A program made the translations under genes and the position numbers. Below, one piece after another: positions 29,728 through 39,508 of a stretch of 64,000 bases of DNA. This DNA is from Armatimonadota bacterium (GTDB lineage: Bacteria; Armatimonadota; UBA5829; DTLH01): assembly GCA_039679675.1 (NCBI GenBank), contig JBDKUN010000042.1, forward strand, positions 14,745 to 78,744, read 5' to 3'. The notes under the pieces are model-generated. The model made no database searches and had not been told where the DNA came from. It saw nothing but the letters and a program-made list of their open reading frames with translations. Positions within the stretch are counted from its first letter, which is position 1, and each line of letters starts with the position of its first letter.

Positions 29728-30936
29728 TTGTCGGAAGAGTTCCAGTTCAGCGCCATACCAGAGGTGCTTGAAGATATCAAGGCTGGTAAGATGGTCATTG
29801 TCGTCGATGATGAGGACCGCGAAAACGAAGGCGATTTCATTATGGCAGCCGAAAAGGTCACGCCGGAATCGATTAACTTCATGGCAAAATACGGCCGGGG
29901 GTTGATATGTGTTCCAATGACCGGCACAACTGCACAGCGGCTGGATCTCAACATGATGACAGAGCACAACACGTCCAAGCACACGACAGCGTTTACGGTG
30001 AGTGTGGACGCCGCTAAGGGCACTACGACGGGAATATCGGCCTATGACCGCGCAGTTACGATCAAGAGGCTTTCCGACCCTGATTCCGTGCCCCATGACT
30101 TCTGTCGCCCTGGGCATATCTTCCCCCTCATAGCAGAGGACGGCGGCGTGCTGGTCCGCGCAGGGCATACTGAAGCCGTAATCGATCTTACCAAGATGGC
30201 TGGGCTCTCCCAGACAGGCATACTCTGTGAGATCATGAGCGATGACGGTACGATGGCACGGGTTCCTGAGCTTATGAAGATAGCAAAGCAGCACGGATTG
30301 AAGATCGTTACAATCGCAAGCTTGATTAAATACAGAAGGCAGCATGAGAAGCTGATAAAAAGGTTCGCTACGACCATAATCCCAACTGAATACGGCGAAT
30401 TCACTACCTACGGCTACGAAACGACTGTCGAAGCAAATCCGTATATTGCGATGGTTATGGGCGACATTACCGACGGCGAGCCTACGCTGGTTAGGATTCA
30501 TTCAGGGTGTCTTACTGGTGATGTGCTCCATTCCCTCAGGTGTGACTGCGGCCAACAGCTTGAGCTTGCTATGAAGAAGATTTCAGCGGAAGGTAAGGGA
30601 GTAATCCTTTACATTTATCACCACGAGGGACGCGGCATCGGGCTTGTAAACAAGCTGAAAGCTTACGCGCTGCAGGACCACGGCGCGGATACAGTCGAGG
30701 CCAACGAAATGCTCGGTTTCCCGGCTGATATGAGAGATTACAGCATCGGCGCGCAGATACTGGTCGACTTGGGGCTCAAGAAAATCCGGCTTATGACTAA
30801 TAATCCGGCCAAATATGCAGGTATCAGCGGTTACGATCTGGAAATAGTAGAGCGCGTGCCCTTGATCTGCGAGCCAAACGAAGCTAACAAACGATACCTT
30901 TTGACCAAACGTGACAAAATGGGACACAAACTATAG
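29728..30936 (+). CDS. ribBA: Bifunctional DHBP synthase / GTP cyclohydrolase II
   Basis: DDEDRENEGD, RPGHIFPL, RIHSGCLTGD..SLRCDCG, EGRGIGL. Confidence 0.97.
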   Translation: MSEEFQFSAIPEVLEDIKAGKMVIVVDDEDRENEGDFIMAAEKVTPESINFMAKYGRGLICVPMTGTTAQRLDLNMMTEHNTSKHTTAFTVSVDAAKGTTTGISAYDRAVTIKRLSDPDSVPHDFCRPGHIFPLIAEDGGVLVRAGHTEAVIDLTKMAGLSQTGILCEIMSDDGTMARVPELMKIAKQHGLKIVTIASLIKYRRQHEKLIKRFATTIIPTEYGEFTTYGYETTVEANPYIAMVMGDITDGEPTLVRIHSGCLTGDVLHSLRCDCGQQLELAMKKISAEGKGVILYIYHHEGRGIGLVNKLKAYALQDHGADTVEANEMLGFPADMRDYSIGAQILVDLGLKKIRLMTNNPAKYAGISGYDLEIVERVPLICEPNEANKRYLLTKRDKMGHKL

Positions 30937-31009
30937 AGCTATCAGCCCCCAGCAAAAAAGCAAAACACTGAAAGCAGATAAATGATAGCTGATAGTTAAA
31001 AAGGAGGTT

Positions 31010-31480
31010 ATGATGCCGAAGTTATATGAAGGAAAGCTGATTGCGGCTGATCTGAAGTTTGGGATCGTCATAAGCCGGTTTAATGAGTTCATTACCAGCA
31101 AATTGCTGGATGGAGCGCTCGATGCGCTTATCCGCCATGGCGCTGAGGATAAAAACATAGAGGTGGCATGGGTTCCGGGGACCTTTGAGATCCCGCTTAT
31201 CGCACAAAAGATGGCTGGGTCCAAAAAATATGACGCCGTCATCTGCCTGGGAGCGCTCATCCGTGGCTCTACACCCCATTTCGACTATATCGCAGCCGAA
31301 GCATCGAAGGGCATAGCGCAGGTCGGGCTTGTAACGGGAATCCCGGTCATATTCGGGGTCATCACAACCGACAACATCGAGCAGGCTATCGAAAGAGCCG
31401 GAACCAAGGCCGGTAATAAGGGTGCTTCTGCAGCCGAAGCGGCAATCGAGATGGCTAATCTGGTAAAATCTATAGGGTAA
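31010..31480 (+). CDS. ribH: 6,7-dimethyl-8-ribityllumazine synthase
   Basis: [34 protein letters not shown]. Confidence 0.97.
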   Translation: MMPKLYEGKLIAADLKFGIVISRFNEFITSKLLDGALDALIRHGAEDKNIEVAWVPGTFEIPLIAQKMAGSKKYDAVICLGALIRGSTPHFDYIAAEASKGIAQVGLVTGIPVIFGVITTDNIEQAIERAGTKAGNKGASAAEAAIEMANLVKSIG

Positions 31481-31522
31481 TGCAAAGGCTCTAAGCTTCA
31501 AGATAGTAGAGGAACGCGCACT

Positions 31523-32650
31523 ATGAAAAAACTGATAAATTATGTGCTTGTCTTTATTCTGGGGTTTGCCGTATGCGCAGCCATATTCAAATGGTCTGCG
31601 AAAAGCGCTGATATATCGACTGTAAACATCCCCACCAGCTTTTCGCCTGCAATTGCGCGCAAAGGCGATGATTCTGTCGCTGTCGCAGCAGCCAAAGTTG
31701 AAAGATCAGTAGTCAATATAGACACCGAAGGCAAGCCCAGCGTATCACAACCGGACTTATTCGGTTTTATGACACCGCAGGAAGTAATTCCGAAGGGACA
31801 GGCATCCGGCGTTATCATACGCAGGGATGGCTATATCCTGACGAATAACCATGTAGTCGCAAATACGAGCAAGGTCTATGTCACGCTCTGGAATAAGAAA
31901 CGCTACCCGGCGAATATAATCGGGCGTGATTCCAAGAGCGACCTTGCTGTTATCAAGATTAAAGAGAACAACCTGCCTGCAGCCACGATCAATGAAGCTG
32001 AACCAAAGGTGGGCGACTGGGTTATCGCTATCGGCAATGCACTTGGTCTCGGTACAACGGTTACGGTCGGCGTGGTAAGCGCTACGGACCGTGGGCAGCT
32101 CAATATTGAAGGTACGGTTCTGGAAAATGCAATACAGACCGACGCAGCCATAAACCGTGGAAACAGCGGCGGCGCGCTCGCAGATATAAACGGCAACATC
32201 ATCGGGATCAACACGGCAATAGCATCGACAAGTCCGGGCGGAGGCAGCATCGGTATCGGGTTCGCGATACCGAGCAAAACTGCGAAATGGGTTGCAGATC
32301 AGATCATACAGCACGGCAAAGTAGTCCGCCCATGGCTGGGTATCTCTTACATACAAGTCGATAGCTCGAACCGACAGGATCTGCAGTCTCAGATCGGGCA
32401 GGTTCCTCCTGTAGACGGCGCGATGATCAGAGAGGTTATGCAGGGAAGCCCGGCTGAAAGAGCAGGACTCGCACCGCTCGATGTTATAACGAAGATCAAC
32501 GGCAAGAGCGTTACAAGTGCCAAGACTATCTCCGAGGCTGTCCAGAAGTCCAAAATCGGCGACATTATCGACCTGACAGTATGGCATGCCAGAAATTCGA
32601 GAACAAGCCGGATCGCTGTCAGAGCCGGGGAAATGCCCGCTGGACTATGA
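31523..32650 (+). CDS. HtrA/DegP-family serine protease with PDZ domain
   Basis: TNNHVV, DLAVIKI, QTDAAINRGNSGG, C-terminal PDZ. Confidence 0.93.
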   Translation: MKKLINYVLVFILGFAVCAAIFKWSAKSADISTVNIPTSFSPAIARKGDDSVAVAAAKVERSVVNIDTEGKPSVSQPDLFGFMTPQEVIPKGQASGVIIRRDGYILTNNHVVANTSKVYVTLWNKKRYPANIIGRDSKSDLAVIKIKENNLPAATINEAEPKVGDWVIAIGNALGLGTTVTVGVVSATDRGQLNIEGTVLENAIQTDAAINRGNSGGALADINGNIIGINTAIASTSPGGGSIGIGFAIPSKTAKWVADQIIQHGKVVRPWLGISYIQVDSSNRQDLQSQIGQVPPVDGAMIREVMQGSPAERAGLAPLDVITKINGKSVTSAKTISEAVQKSKIGDIIDLTVWHARNSRTSRIAVRAGEMPAGL

Positions 32651-33207
32651 AAATAGGCGTAGTCAGCGATACACACGGTAGAATAGACACCTGGCGAAAG
32701 GTGGAAAATATCTTCGCCGGCGCGGATTTGATCGTCCACGCCGGCGATGTTCTCTACCATCCGCCAAGGCTGGGATACACCGACGGATATGACATCCCGG
32801 CTTTAGTCGAAGCGATGAACCATTCACCTGTCCCGATAGTCATAGCGCAGGGCAATTGTGATTCACAGGTCTACGAAGAACTGCTCGAAATGCCGGTACA
32901 GTCGCCTTACGCGACCGCTTATGTCGGCGACACCCGCATTTTGATCAATCATGGGCACACTCTGACCCGCGAAGATATGATCCGGCTCGGAGGTTATTAC
33001 AAGACCGATGTCTTCGTATCCGGCCACACACATACACCTGTGCTGGAGAAAGCCGGTTCACTCGTGTTGATGAACCCTGGCAGCCCATCGATACCAAAAA
33101 TCGAGCGGGACGGCCGGATTATCGGCAGTGTCGGACTGATTACCGACACGCATATTCGTATTCTGGATATCGATACGGAAGAGATTTTGTTTGAGTTGGC
33201 GAGATAA
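32647..33207 (+). CDS. yfcE: YfcE/MJ0936-family metallophosphodiesterase
   Basis: VSDTHG, HAGD, GNCD, HGH, GHTH, NPGS; ATGA overlap with htrA. Confidence 0.9.
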   Translation: MKIGVVSDTHGRIDTWRKVENIFAGADLIVHAGDVLYHPPRLGYTDGYDIPALVEAMNHSPVPIVIAQGNCDSQVYEELLEMPVQSPYATAYVGDTRILINHGHTLTREDMIRLGGYYKTDVFVSGHTHTPVLEKAGSLVLMNPGSPSIPKIERDGRIIGSVGLITDTHIRILDIDTEEILFELAR

Positions 33208-33267
33208 CTCCCACTATTGCAGCGCAGATAAAGAATCAGGAATATAAATTAAGCGCAAACGGATATG

Positions 33268-33681
33268 TCATTCAGTTTCCGTCTCACCGCATTCCGCCAC
33301 ATTCGCAGCGCATTTTGACTCTGTGGAATTCTGCTTTTTCTGTAACTGAGTTAACTCAAGTCCAAGGAGCGCATTCTGCTGTGTCAATATCCTGATTCGT
33401 TCTGCTAATTGCGATAGGATTAATGAGAAATGCAGCGCAAGCAAAGCTCCAAAAAGAAACGCAGCGATGAATAGTGCCGATGGGCCATAACTTACGCCCA
33501 TGTAAGCAGATATTCTTTCCACAAGATCTCTGCGAATAGATAATGCTAGAAAAGAAATGCCTGCAAATAACCACAAAAGAGAGTATTCTTCGCGTAGTTT
33601 TCGCTTGCGAACCAGTTCAAATATTGCAACCAATACAAAAACACTCAGAACGATTGCGATTATCTGTATTCTTAAATGCAT
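33268..33681 (-). CDS. DUF2304 family membrane protein
   Basis: VRKRKLREEYSLLW, GVSYGPS, C-terminal coiled coil; follows a GT2 gene. Confidence 0.85.
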   Translation of the reverse strand: MHLRIQIIAIVLSVFVLVAIFELVRKRKLREEYSLLWLFAGISFLALSIRRDLVERISAYMGVSYGPSALFIAAFLFGALLALHFSLILSQLAERIRILTQQNALLGLELTQLQKKQNSTESKCAANVAECGETETE

Positions 33682-33699
33682 AGAAGCTCCCCCACCCAA

Positions 33700-34443
33700 T
33701 CAAACCTTGCCCGCTGGCTTTTCAGGAGGCCTGAAAAAACTGATAGTCAGTGCAAGCAAAACTTTTACCATATAATATGCGGATTTTATTGGAGTGATAG
33801 ATGAGCGGCCTCCCTGTCTCTCCTTCATGCGAACAGGAAATTCTTTAATTCTAAAGCCATTTCGTTTCAGAGCTACAACAACTTCCACTTCAGGGTAATC
33901 GCAGGGATAATGGGCTGCAAGATATGCTATAGCCTGTGAGTTGAATGCTCTGAACCCTGAAGTGCTATCTGTGATAAGCTGTCTGGTCAGGACGTAAATG
34001 GCTATTTTGAAGATTGTTATTCCAACTCTGCGAATTCTGCTGGACCTGAAACCTTTTGGCGATAAAAACCTTGAACCAATCGCCACATCCGTGTCACCAC
34101 TTACAACCGGCTCGACTATAGTTTGTATCTCGTCGGCATTATGCTGTCCGTCTCCATCTACTTGTAAAGCTAATTCGTATCCATTGTTTTTCGCATAAAT
34201 AAGGCCTGTTTGAACAGCGCCGCCGATACCCATATTGCATGGAAGCGTCACAACTGTCGCTCCAGCTTCGCCGGCAAGCCGGGCTGTATTGTCTTTTGAT
34301 CCATCATTAACAACAAGTACATCCAACCCTAACGGTAGCGAAAGGAGACTCTTGACGACATATTCTATACTCGCAGATTCGTTGTAAGCGGGAACTATCG
34401 CAAGATATCGAGACTTTACCATACCAGATCTATCCTTCTCCAA
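33700..34443 (-). CDS. Glycosyltransferase family 2 (DPM1-like polyprenol-phosphate sugar synthase)
   Basis: VPAYNE, VNDGSKD, QVDGDGQH, IGSRF, DSTSGFR. Confidence 0.92.
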   Translation of the reverse strand: MEKDRSGMVKSRYLAIVPAYNESASIEYVVKSLLSLPLGLDVLVVNDGSKDNTARLAGEAGATVVTLPCNMGIGGAVQTGLIYAKNNGYELALQVDGDGQHNADEIQTIVEPVVSGDTDVAIGSRFLSPKGFRSSRIRRVGITIFKIAIYVLTRQLITDSTSGFRAFNSQAIAYLAAHYPCDYPEVEVVVALKRNGFRIKEFPVRMKERQGGRSSITPIKSAYYMVKVLLALTISFFRPPEKPAGKV

Positions 34444-34458
34444 TATAATGCATCATAA

Positions 34459-35721
34459 TCAACCAATATTTGAGGCAACCACTGAAGAATCCAGGCTTAA
34501 ATATCTCTCAAGAGAAGGAACAAGCCTGAAAAACCCACGTACACCCAATATAGTTATATAAGGAACAAATGGTACTGCATAGCGAACCAATCCTATCGTT
34601 ATCATATGGACAAGAGTAAAGTTAACCAATACTGCGATAAGAATCCACATACCCAAGCGGTCTTTTATACTCTTGAGCGAGAAGATTGAAAGAATAATCA
34701 GAATCAGATGAGTAAACATGATGGCAATGCTCGATTTCGAGGGAGTTTTGCCATATCCAACATTTAGCCAGAATTGCGTAAACTTTCTGAAACTAAGGCA
34801 AATCCAGTGAACAGGGTTCGTTTTGATATTCTTGATAGCTTCCTTCTGGTAGAAGGTATTCTGTTCAATCTCATTTGGATGAGCATATAGATATTTGAGA
34901 ATATGCTTCGGTAGTGTTTTAGGAGCAATGCCGTATTCGCCATATGTTCCTGACCACATTACGTATCCAGCCTCTGTTGCTCCAGGTACAAACGCATTAA
35001 AAACAATATAATTGCGAACCACCCATGGGCTTAGCGTAAAGAGAAATACAACCAGAAACAAGGAAAGCCCGGCAATCAATTTCCGTGTTTTGACTGACAT
35101 CATCAGGATCAGCACTACCATAAAGAATGGGAGTGGCAGTGCGGATCCTCTGCATAAAGTCGTGACTCCCGCCATAACTCCGGCTACCACAAAGCATGCA
35201 GTGCTTTTTCGCCGAATAGCAACTAAAACAAAGTAAATCGTCGCAGCCATCAGCAGTGTAAACAGTATTTCTGTATGTACCAGGCTCGCCCATTGAACAA
35301 GAGGGATGTACGCAGCAACTATAAGTGCAGCCACCGCTGAAACTATTCTTGAAGCCGTAAGTAACACACCAATCCGATATATCAGGTAAGTAGTCAAGAC
35401 TGCCAATAGTATCTGCAGAATGTAAACCGCCTGCGGGTTATGGCCGAACACGGTATATACCAATGCTACGAATACAGGATACGTGGGACCAACAAACGCA
35501 GTAAGTTTGCCTTCGTTGTTTGTCATTGACCAGCCATTGGTGGACATACGATAGCCTATACCATCGTAGGTCTTCTCATCCCAGATAAAGGAATGATGTC
35601 CCGCGTGAATAAACCACATCAGACGAAAGATTAGTGTTAAAACCAGCGCGGCAATCAGTATCCGCATCGCCGCACGATCTGACCGTGTAATTCGAACGAT
35701 ATAGTTCTGAACATTACTCAT
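34459..35721 (-). CDS. ArnT/PMT-like GT-C membrane glycosyltransferase
   Basis: Multi-TM; WDE acidic loop, PTYP, TEILF, PWVVRNY, RYAVP. Confidence 0.82.
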   Translation of the reverse strand: MSNVQNYIVRITRSDRAAMRILIAALVLTLIFRLMWFIHAGHHSFIWDEKTYDGIGYRMSTNGWSMTNNEGKLTAFVGPTYPVFVALVYTVFGHNPQAVYILQILLAVLTTYLIYRIGVLLTASRIVSAVAALIVAAYIPLVQWASLVHTEILFTLLMAATIYFVLVAIRRKSTACFVVAGVMAGVTTLCRGSALPLPFFMVVLILMMSVKTRKLIAGLSLFLVVFLFTLSPWVVRNYIVFNAFVPGATEAGYVMWSGTYGEYGIAPKTLPKHILKYLYAHPNEIEQNTFYQKEAIKNIKTNPVHWICLSFRKFTQFWLNVGYGKTPSKSSIAIMFTHLILIILSIFSLKSIKDRLGMWILIAVLVNFTLVHMITIGLVRYAVPFVPYITILGVRGFFRLVPSLERYLSLDSSVVASNIG

Positions 35722-36118
35722 TACTATTTACTCCTGCGTAGCACATATCGGCATTTTAATATAGTCTTTGATTTCTCCGGCTATTCCTACTGGCTTATGT
35801 TTCTTTTTATTCATCTTTATTTGTTATAAGCCGCTATAACCTGCATCACTACATTGATTTACACAATATTAGTAATTGGTTGCTTCTGCCGGAATATTTA
35901 GCGATCACTACTAAAGTTATTACTGTCTAGTGCTTGGCATTTCCTCCTATTTGACGTTTTCATGTCACCCCAGTGTCTGATCATGGCCCAGCTAATCAAT
36001 ATCTCAGTATTCCCTTGCGTATATGCGATTCAGGGTGTAAACTCAACAGGGAATATTAGGATGTGGCCTCACTTCAAAATCCTCTATCCTATTTCCTTAA
36101 ACCTAGAGGAGGATATGT

Positions 36119-38848
36119 ATGGCAATCTTTAAGCGAACAGCGCTTGTAGCCCTCATTCTTTTGACAGCTGCAGGAGCATTCGCAGCAGACAACCAGGTTT
36201 CGGAGACTGTACTGCCTAATGGGCTCAAGGTGCTGATAAAGGAAGTTCATGCAGCGCCTGTATTTACGTGCCAGGTATGGTACAGAGTCGGATCAAGAAA
36301 CGAGCACCCCGGCATTACCGGCATTTCCCACATGGTCGAACATATGATGTTCAAGGGGACCAAAAATATCGGCAAAGGCCAGTATTTCCGAATGATCAGA
36401 GCCAAGGGCGGGATGAACAACGCATCTACCTGGCTAGATTGGACTAATTACTGGGAAGTCCTTTCGACCGATCATCTGGAAATGGCTTTAGGCATGGAAT
36501 CGGACAGGATGCAAAACGCACTGATGGACAAAAAGGAGTTTAATTCGGAGCGCGTTGTAATTCTGTCTGAGATGGAAGGCAAGGAAAATGAGGTCAATAC
36601 CCTCCTTTATTATAATATGATGGCTGTAGCCTATCAGTCGCATTCGTACAGATGGCCGACAATAGGTTATGACTGTGATCTAAAGAACATCACACGCGAT
36701 CAGCTGTATAAATATTACAAGACTTATTATCATCCGAACAACGCCGTCCTGGTAATCGTCGGCGATGTAGATACAAACAAGACGATGGAGCTTGTCCGCA
36801 AGTATTTCGGCAAAATTCCGCGAGGGCCGGAGCCTCCCAAGGTTTATACAACAGAAAAACCTCAACTTGGAGAGAGACGATTCGTCCTCAGGCGTGAAGG
36901 CCCTTCCGAAATTTCAATGATTGCCTATCATATGCCAAATATTAACGACCCAGACATTTTCCCGCTGTTGATCCTTGGCCAGATCCTGGACGGAGGAGGA
37001 AGCAGCAGACTCCACCAGTCGATGGTAGAAAGCCAGCTTGCGACATCGGCTTCAGCCAGTGCCGGGCTCAGAAAAGACCCCGGACTTTTCATGCTTTCTG
37101 CGACCGGACAGCAGAATGTCACAGCAGGCAGGCTTGAAAAAGCGCTGCTGGATGAGGTCGAAAAAGCCAAGACCACCCTGCCCACAAATGAAGAGCTTAC
37201 ACGAGCTAAAAACCAGTTTGAGGCTTATCTCATTTACCAGAACGACAGCGTGTCCGATCAGGGTGAGAACCTCGGATATTACGAGTGTGAGACATCCTGG
37301 AAATTCATGGATGAGCTTCATCCAAAGATCGAAGCTGTTACAGCCGAAGACGTACAGAGAGTCGCCAGGAAATATCTGACGGAAAACAACCGCACTGTTG
37401 GATGGTTCGTTCCAACAGCGCCCGGTGGATCTGCGAGCGGGCAGCAGGCTGCGGTACTTAATGTCGAAGGCAAATATCCCGGAACTGCCAATTATCAACC
37501 GGCAAAGTGTGACCTGTCAAAAGCCACTGTGCATAAAAGCGCAGCAGTGAAATCCGTAACACCCACGCACCCGTCGAAGTCAGTAATGCCCACGCGAGTG
37601 GTCCTAAAAAACGGTATAGTCGTAATCGTGCAAGAGAACCACAGCAATCCGACGGTTGCGATCAGAGGAAGCATCAAAGCCGGCAATTGCATGAACCCGC
37701 CTGGCAAAGAAAAAGTTGCCTGCATAACCGCTGCTTCATTGACTAGAGGCACAAATAAGCGGAGTAAGCTTGATATATCCACTGAATTGGATAACCTCGC
37801 TGCAAATGCCGGATTTTCCAGTGACTTGGAAGCAGTCTGGATTTCGGGAGATTGCCTTTCGAAGGATTTTAGCCAGGTAGTAGATTTGCTCTCTGATGAA
37901 CTGAGAAACCCGTCATTTCCGCAGGAACAATTGGATAAAATCAAATCCGAGTTGATAGTGGATTTTGACAAGCAGGCTCAGGATCCGGGCAACATGTCAT
38001 ATCGCAATTTCTTTAGGAGCGTCTACCCGGAAGGACACCCTGCCCGCATTCCGACCATCGAGGAAGACAAGAAATCGGTTATGTCGACAACACGTGACGA
38101 CCTTGTCTCCTTCTATAAAGCACACTATGGCCCTGAAACAACCGTAATCGTCATAGTCGGTGATATAAAGACAGATGAGGCTGTAGCAGCTATAAAGAAG
38201 TGTTTCGGTGATTGGCAGCCAAACGGCACAGATGGAAATGTCAAATTACCAGACCTGCCTCTCGCAAAAAGCAGATCGAAAACCATATGTGAGCTTATGG
38301 ATAAGTCTCAAGTAAATGTTTATTTCGGCCATGCCGGAAATCTCAAACGGAGCGACCCTGATTTCTATGCCACAACCGTGATGAACAACATCCTCGGCGC
38401 AGGCATGAACGGAAGACTCTCCCAAAAGGTTCGCGACGAAATGGGACTTGTATACTCTATCTACAGCCTGTTTGATGTCGGATTGAACGATGGCACATTT
38501 TTCGGCGGGTTCGGGACCAATCCCAAAAACGTTGACAAAGCACTTACTGCCATGGACGAAGTAATACGAAATTACATTAAAAACGGCCCAACCCAGCAGG
38601 AATTCAAGGATTCCATAGAGTGTACCGTTGGGTCTTTCCCTCTGCGGCTGGAAACAAACGACGGCGTTGCAGGTATTTTGAACGCAGCTGAGTTTTACGG
38701 CCTTGGTATGGACTATATTCAGAAATATCCGTCCTACTACCGGACGGTAACAATCGATCAGGTCCGTCAGGCCGCAAAGAAGCACCTGCATCCCGACAGC
38801 ATGAGCGTATCAATAGCCGGACCGTATAAGGAGAACAACCAAAAGTAG
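36119..38848 (+). CDS. Secreted M16 (pitrilysin-family) zinc peptidase
   Basis: Signal peptide; inverted zinc motif HMVEH, two M16 halves, RL..VRDEMGLVYS. Confidence 0.93.
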   Translation: MAIFKRTALVALILLTAAGAFAADNQVSETVLPNGLKVLIKEVHAAPVFTCQVWYRVGSRNEHPGITGISHMVEHMMFKGTKNIGKGQYFRMIRAKGGMNNASTWLDWTNYWEVLSTDHLEMALGMESDRMQNALMDKKEFNSERVVILSEMEGKENEVNTLLYYNMMAVAYQSHSYRWPTIGYDCDLKNITRDQLYKYYKTYYHPNNAVLVIVGDVDTNKTMELVRKYFGKIPRGPEPPKVYTTEKPQLGERRFVLRREGPSEISMIAYHMPNINDPDIFPLLILGQILDGGGSSRLHQSMVESQLATSASASAGLRKDPGLFMLSATGQQNVTAGRLEKALLDEVEKAKTTLPTNEELTRAKNQFEAYLIYQNDSVSDQGENLGYYECETSWKFMDELHPKIEAVTAEDVQRVARKYLTENNRTVGWFVPTAPGGSASGQQAAVLNVEGKYPGTANYQPAKCDLSKATVHKSAAVKSVTPTHPSKSVMPTRVVLKNGIVVIVQENHSNPTVAIRGSIKAGNCMNPPGKEKVACITAASLTRGTNKRSKLDISTELDNLAANAGFSSDLEAVWISGDCLSKDFSQVVDLLSDELRNPSFPQEQLDKIKSELIVDFDKQAQDPGNMSYRNFFRSVYPEGHPARIPTIEEDKKSVMSTTRDDLVSFYKAHYGPETTVIVIVGDIKTDEAVAAIKKCFGDWQPNGTDGNVKLPDLPLAKSRSKTICELMDKSQVNVYFGHAGNLKRSDPDFYATTVMNNILGAGMNGRLSQKVRDEMGLVYSIYSLFDVGLNDGTFFGGFGTNPKNVDKALTAMDEVIRNYIKNGPTQQEFKDSIECTVGSFPLRLETNDGVAGILNAAEFYGLGMDYIQKYPSYYRTVTIDQVRQAAKKHLHPDSMSVSIAGPYKENNQK

Positions 38849-38884
38849 ATAATTCAGGTGATCTCCAGCTTTAGCAATAATTAC

Positions 38885-38916
38885 TATTCGGGAGGGATTG
38901 TAATCCCTCCCGAATA
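38885..38916. terminator. Hairpin terminator between convergent genes
   Basis: TATTCGGGAGGGATT-GT-AATCCCTCCCGAATA perfect inverted repeat. Confidence 0.7.
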
Positions 38917-38935
38917 AGTGTCAACTAAATCTTCT

Positions 38936-39217
38936 CTACCTGTAATCCTCTAACTCATCCTCTATCGTCGTACCTTCTTCTTTTTCGTCGATGCGGACTT
39001 CAGTAAAGAACCGCCGCGCCCCTTTCTGCCGCACTGCGTTATGAGCACGCTTTACAGTGTCCATCACTTCATCGAGATCTCCCTCGACTGTCGTGCCCAT
39101 CGCGTCTACTTCGTACTTTAAGCCTGATTTTTTGACTTCATCGACTGCTGCATCGACATAAGGCTTCATTTCGCCTTCGACCAGCGGAGTAACTGTAAAT
39201 TCTGCAACTACCGGCAT
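38936..39217 (-). CDS. MTH1187/thiamine-binding (DUF77) family protein
   Basis: AEFTVTP, SGLKYEVDAMGTTVEGDLDEV. Confidence 0.9.
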   Translation of the reverse strand: MPVVAEFTVTPLVEGEMKPYVDAAVDEVKKSGLKYEVDAMGTTVEGDLDEVMDTVKRAHNAVRQKGARRFFTEVRIDEKEEGTTIEDELEDYR

Positions 39218-39352
39218 TGATGGAACCCTCCTCTTTGATAATCACTGCAAAATCCCCAATCTGCTAAAGCAGTACCCCGCTGTTATCGGCTTTGAAACAC
39301 CGGCAATCACCCCGCCTGCCCCGGTAGAAATGCTTGTTTTATTAAACTACAC

Positions 39353-39379
39353 TCAGAACTAGCTGAAATCTGCCGATAA
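39353..39379 (+). promoter_or_regulatory. sigma28 (FliA/WhiG)-type promoter of pilM2 operon
   Basis: TCAG-N15-GCCGATAA. Confidence 0.65.
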
Positions 39380-39508
39380 TCTATAGAGAAAACAAGTGCC
39401 ACTAACGGAATAATACGCTTGGTTGCTCGGCGCAGGATACAAGTATAACGCAATATCCTCAGCCGTCAGCCTTGCAGGTTCGCATAGCCGAAGGGGGTTA
39501 TCCAAGAC

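Noticed and set aside
29350..30501. 383-aa minus-strand ORF and similar long antisense ORFs (3373-4194, 31757-32587, 45451-46101)
   Set aside because: Shadows of well-supported genes on the opposite strand
39283..39290. Minus-strand GCCGATAA before the MTH1187 gene as a fourth sigma28 promoter
   Set aside because: The -35 position reads TGAT rather than NCAR; it overlaps a SigB-like candidate; ambiguous
39385..39508. c-di-GMP riboswitch in the pilM2 leader
   Set aside because: No GEMM-I or c-di-GMP-II conserved nucleotides recognisable by eye
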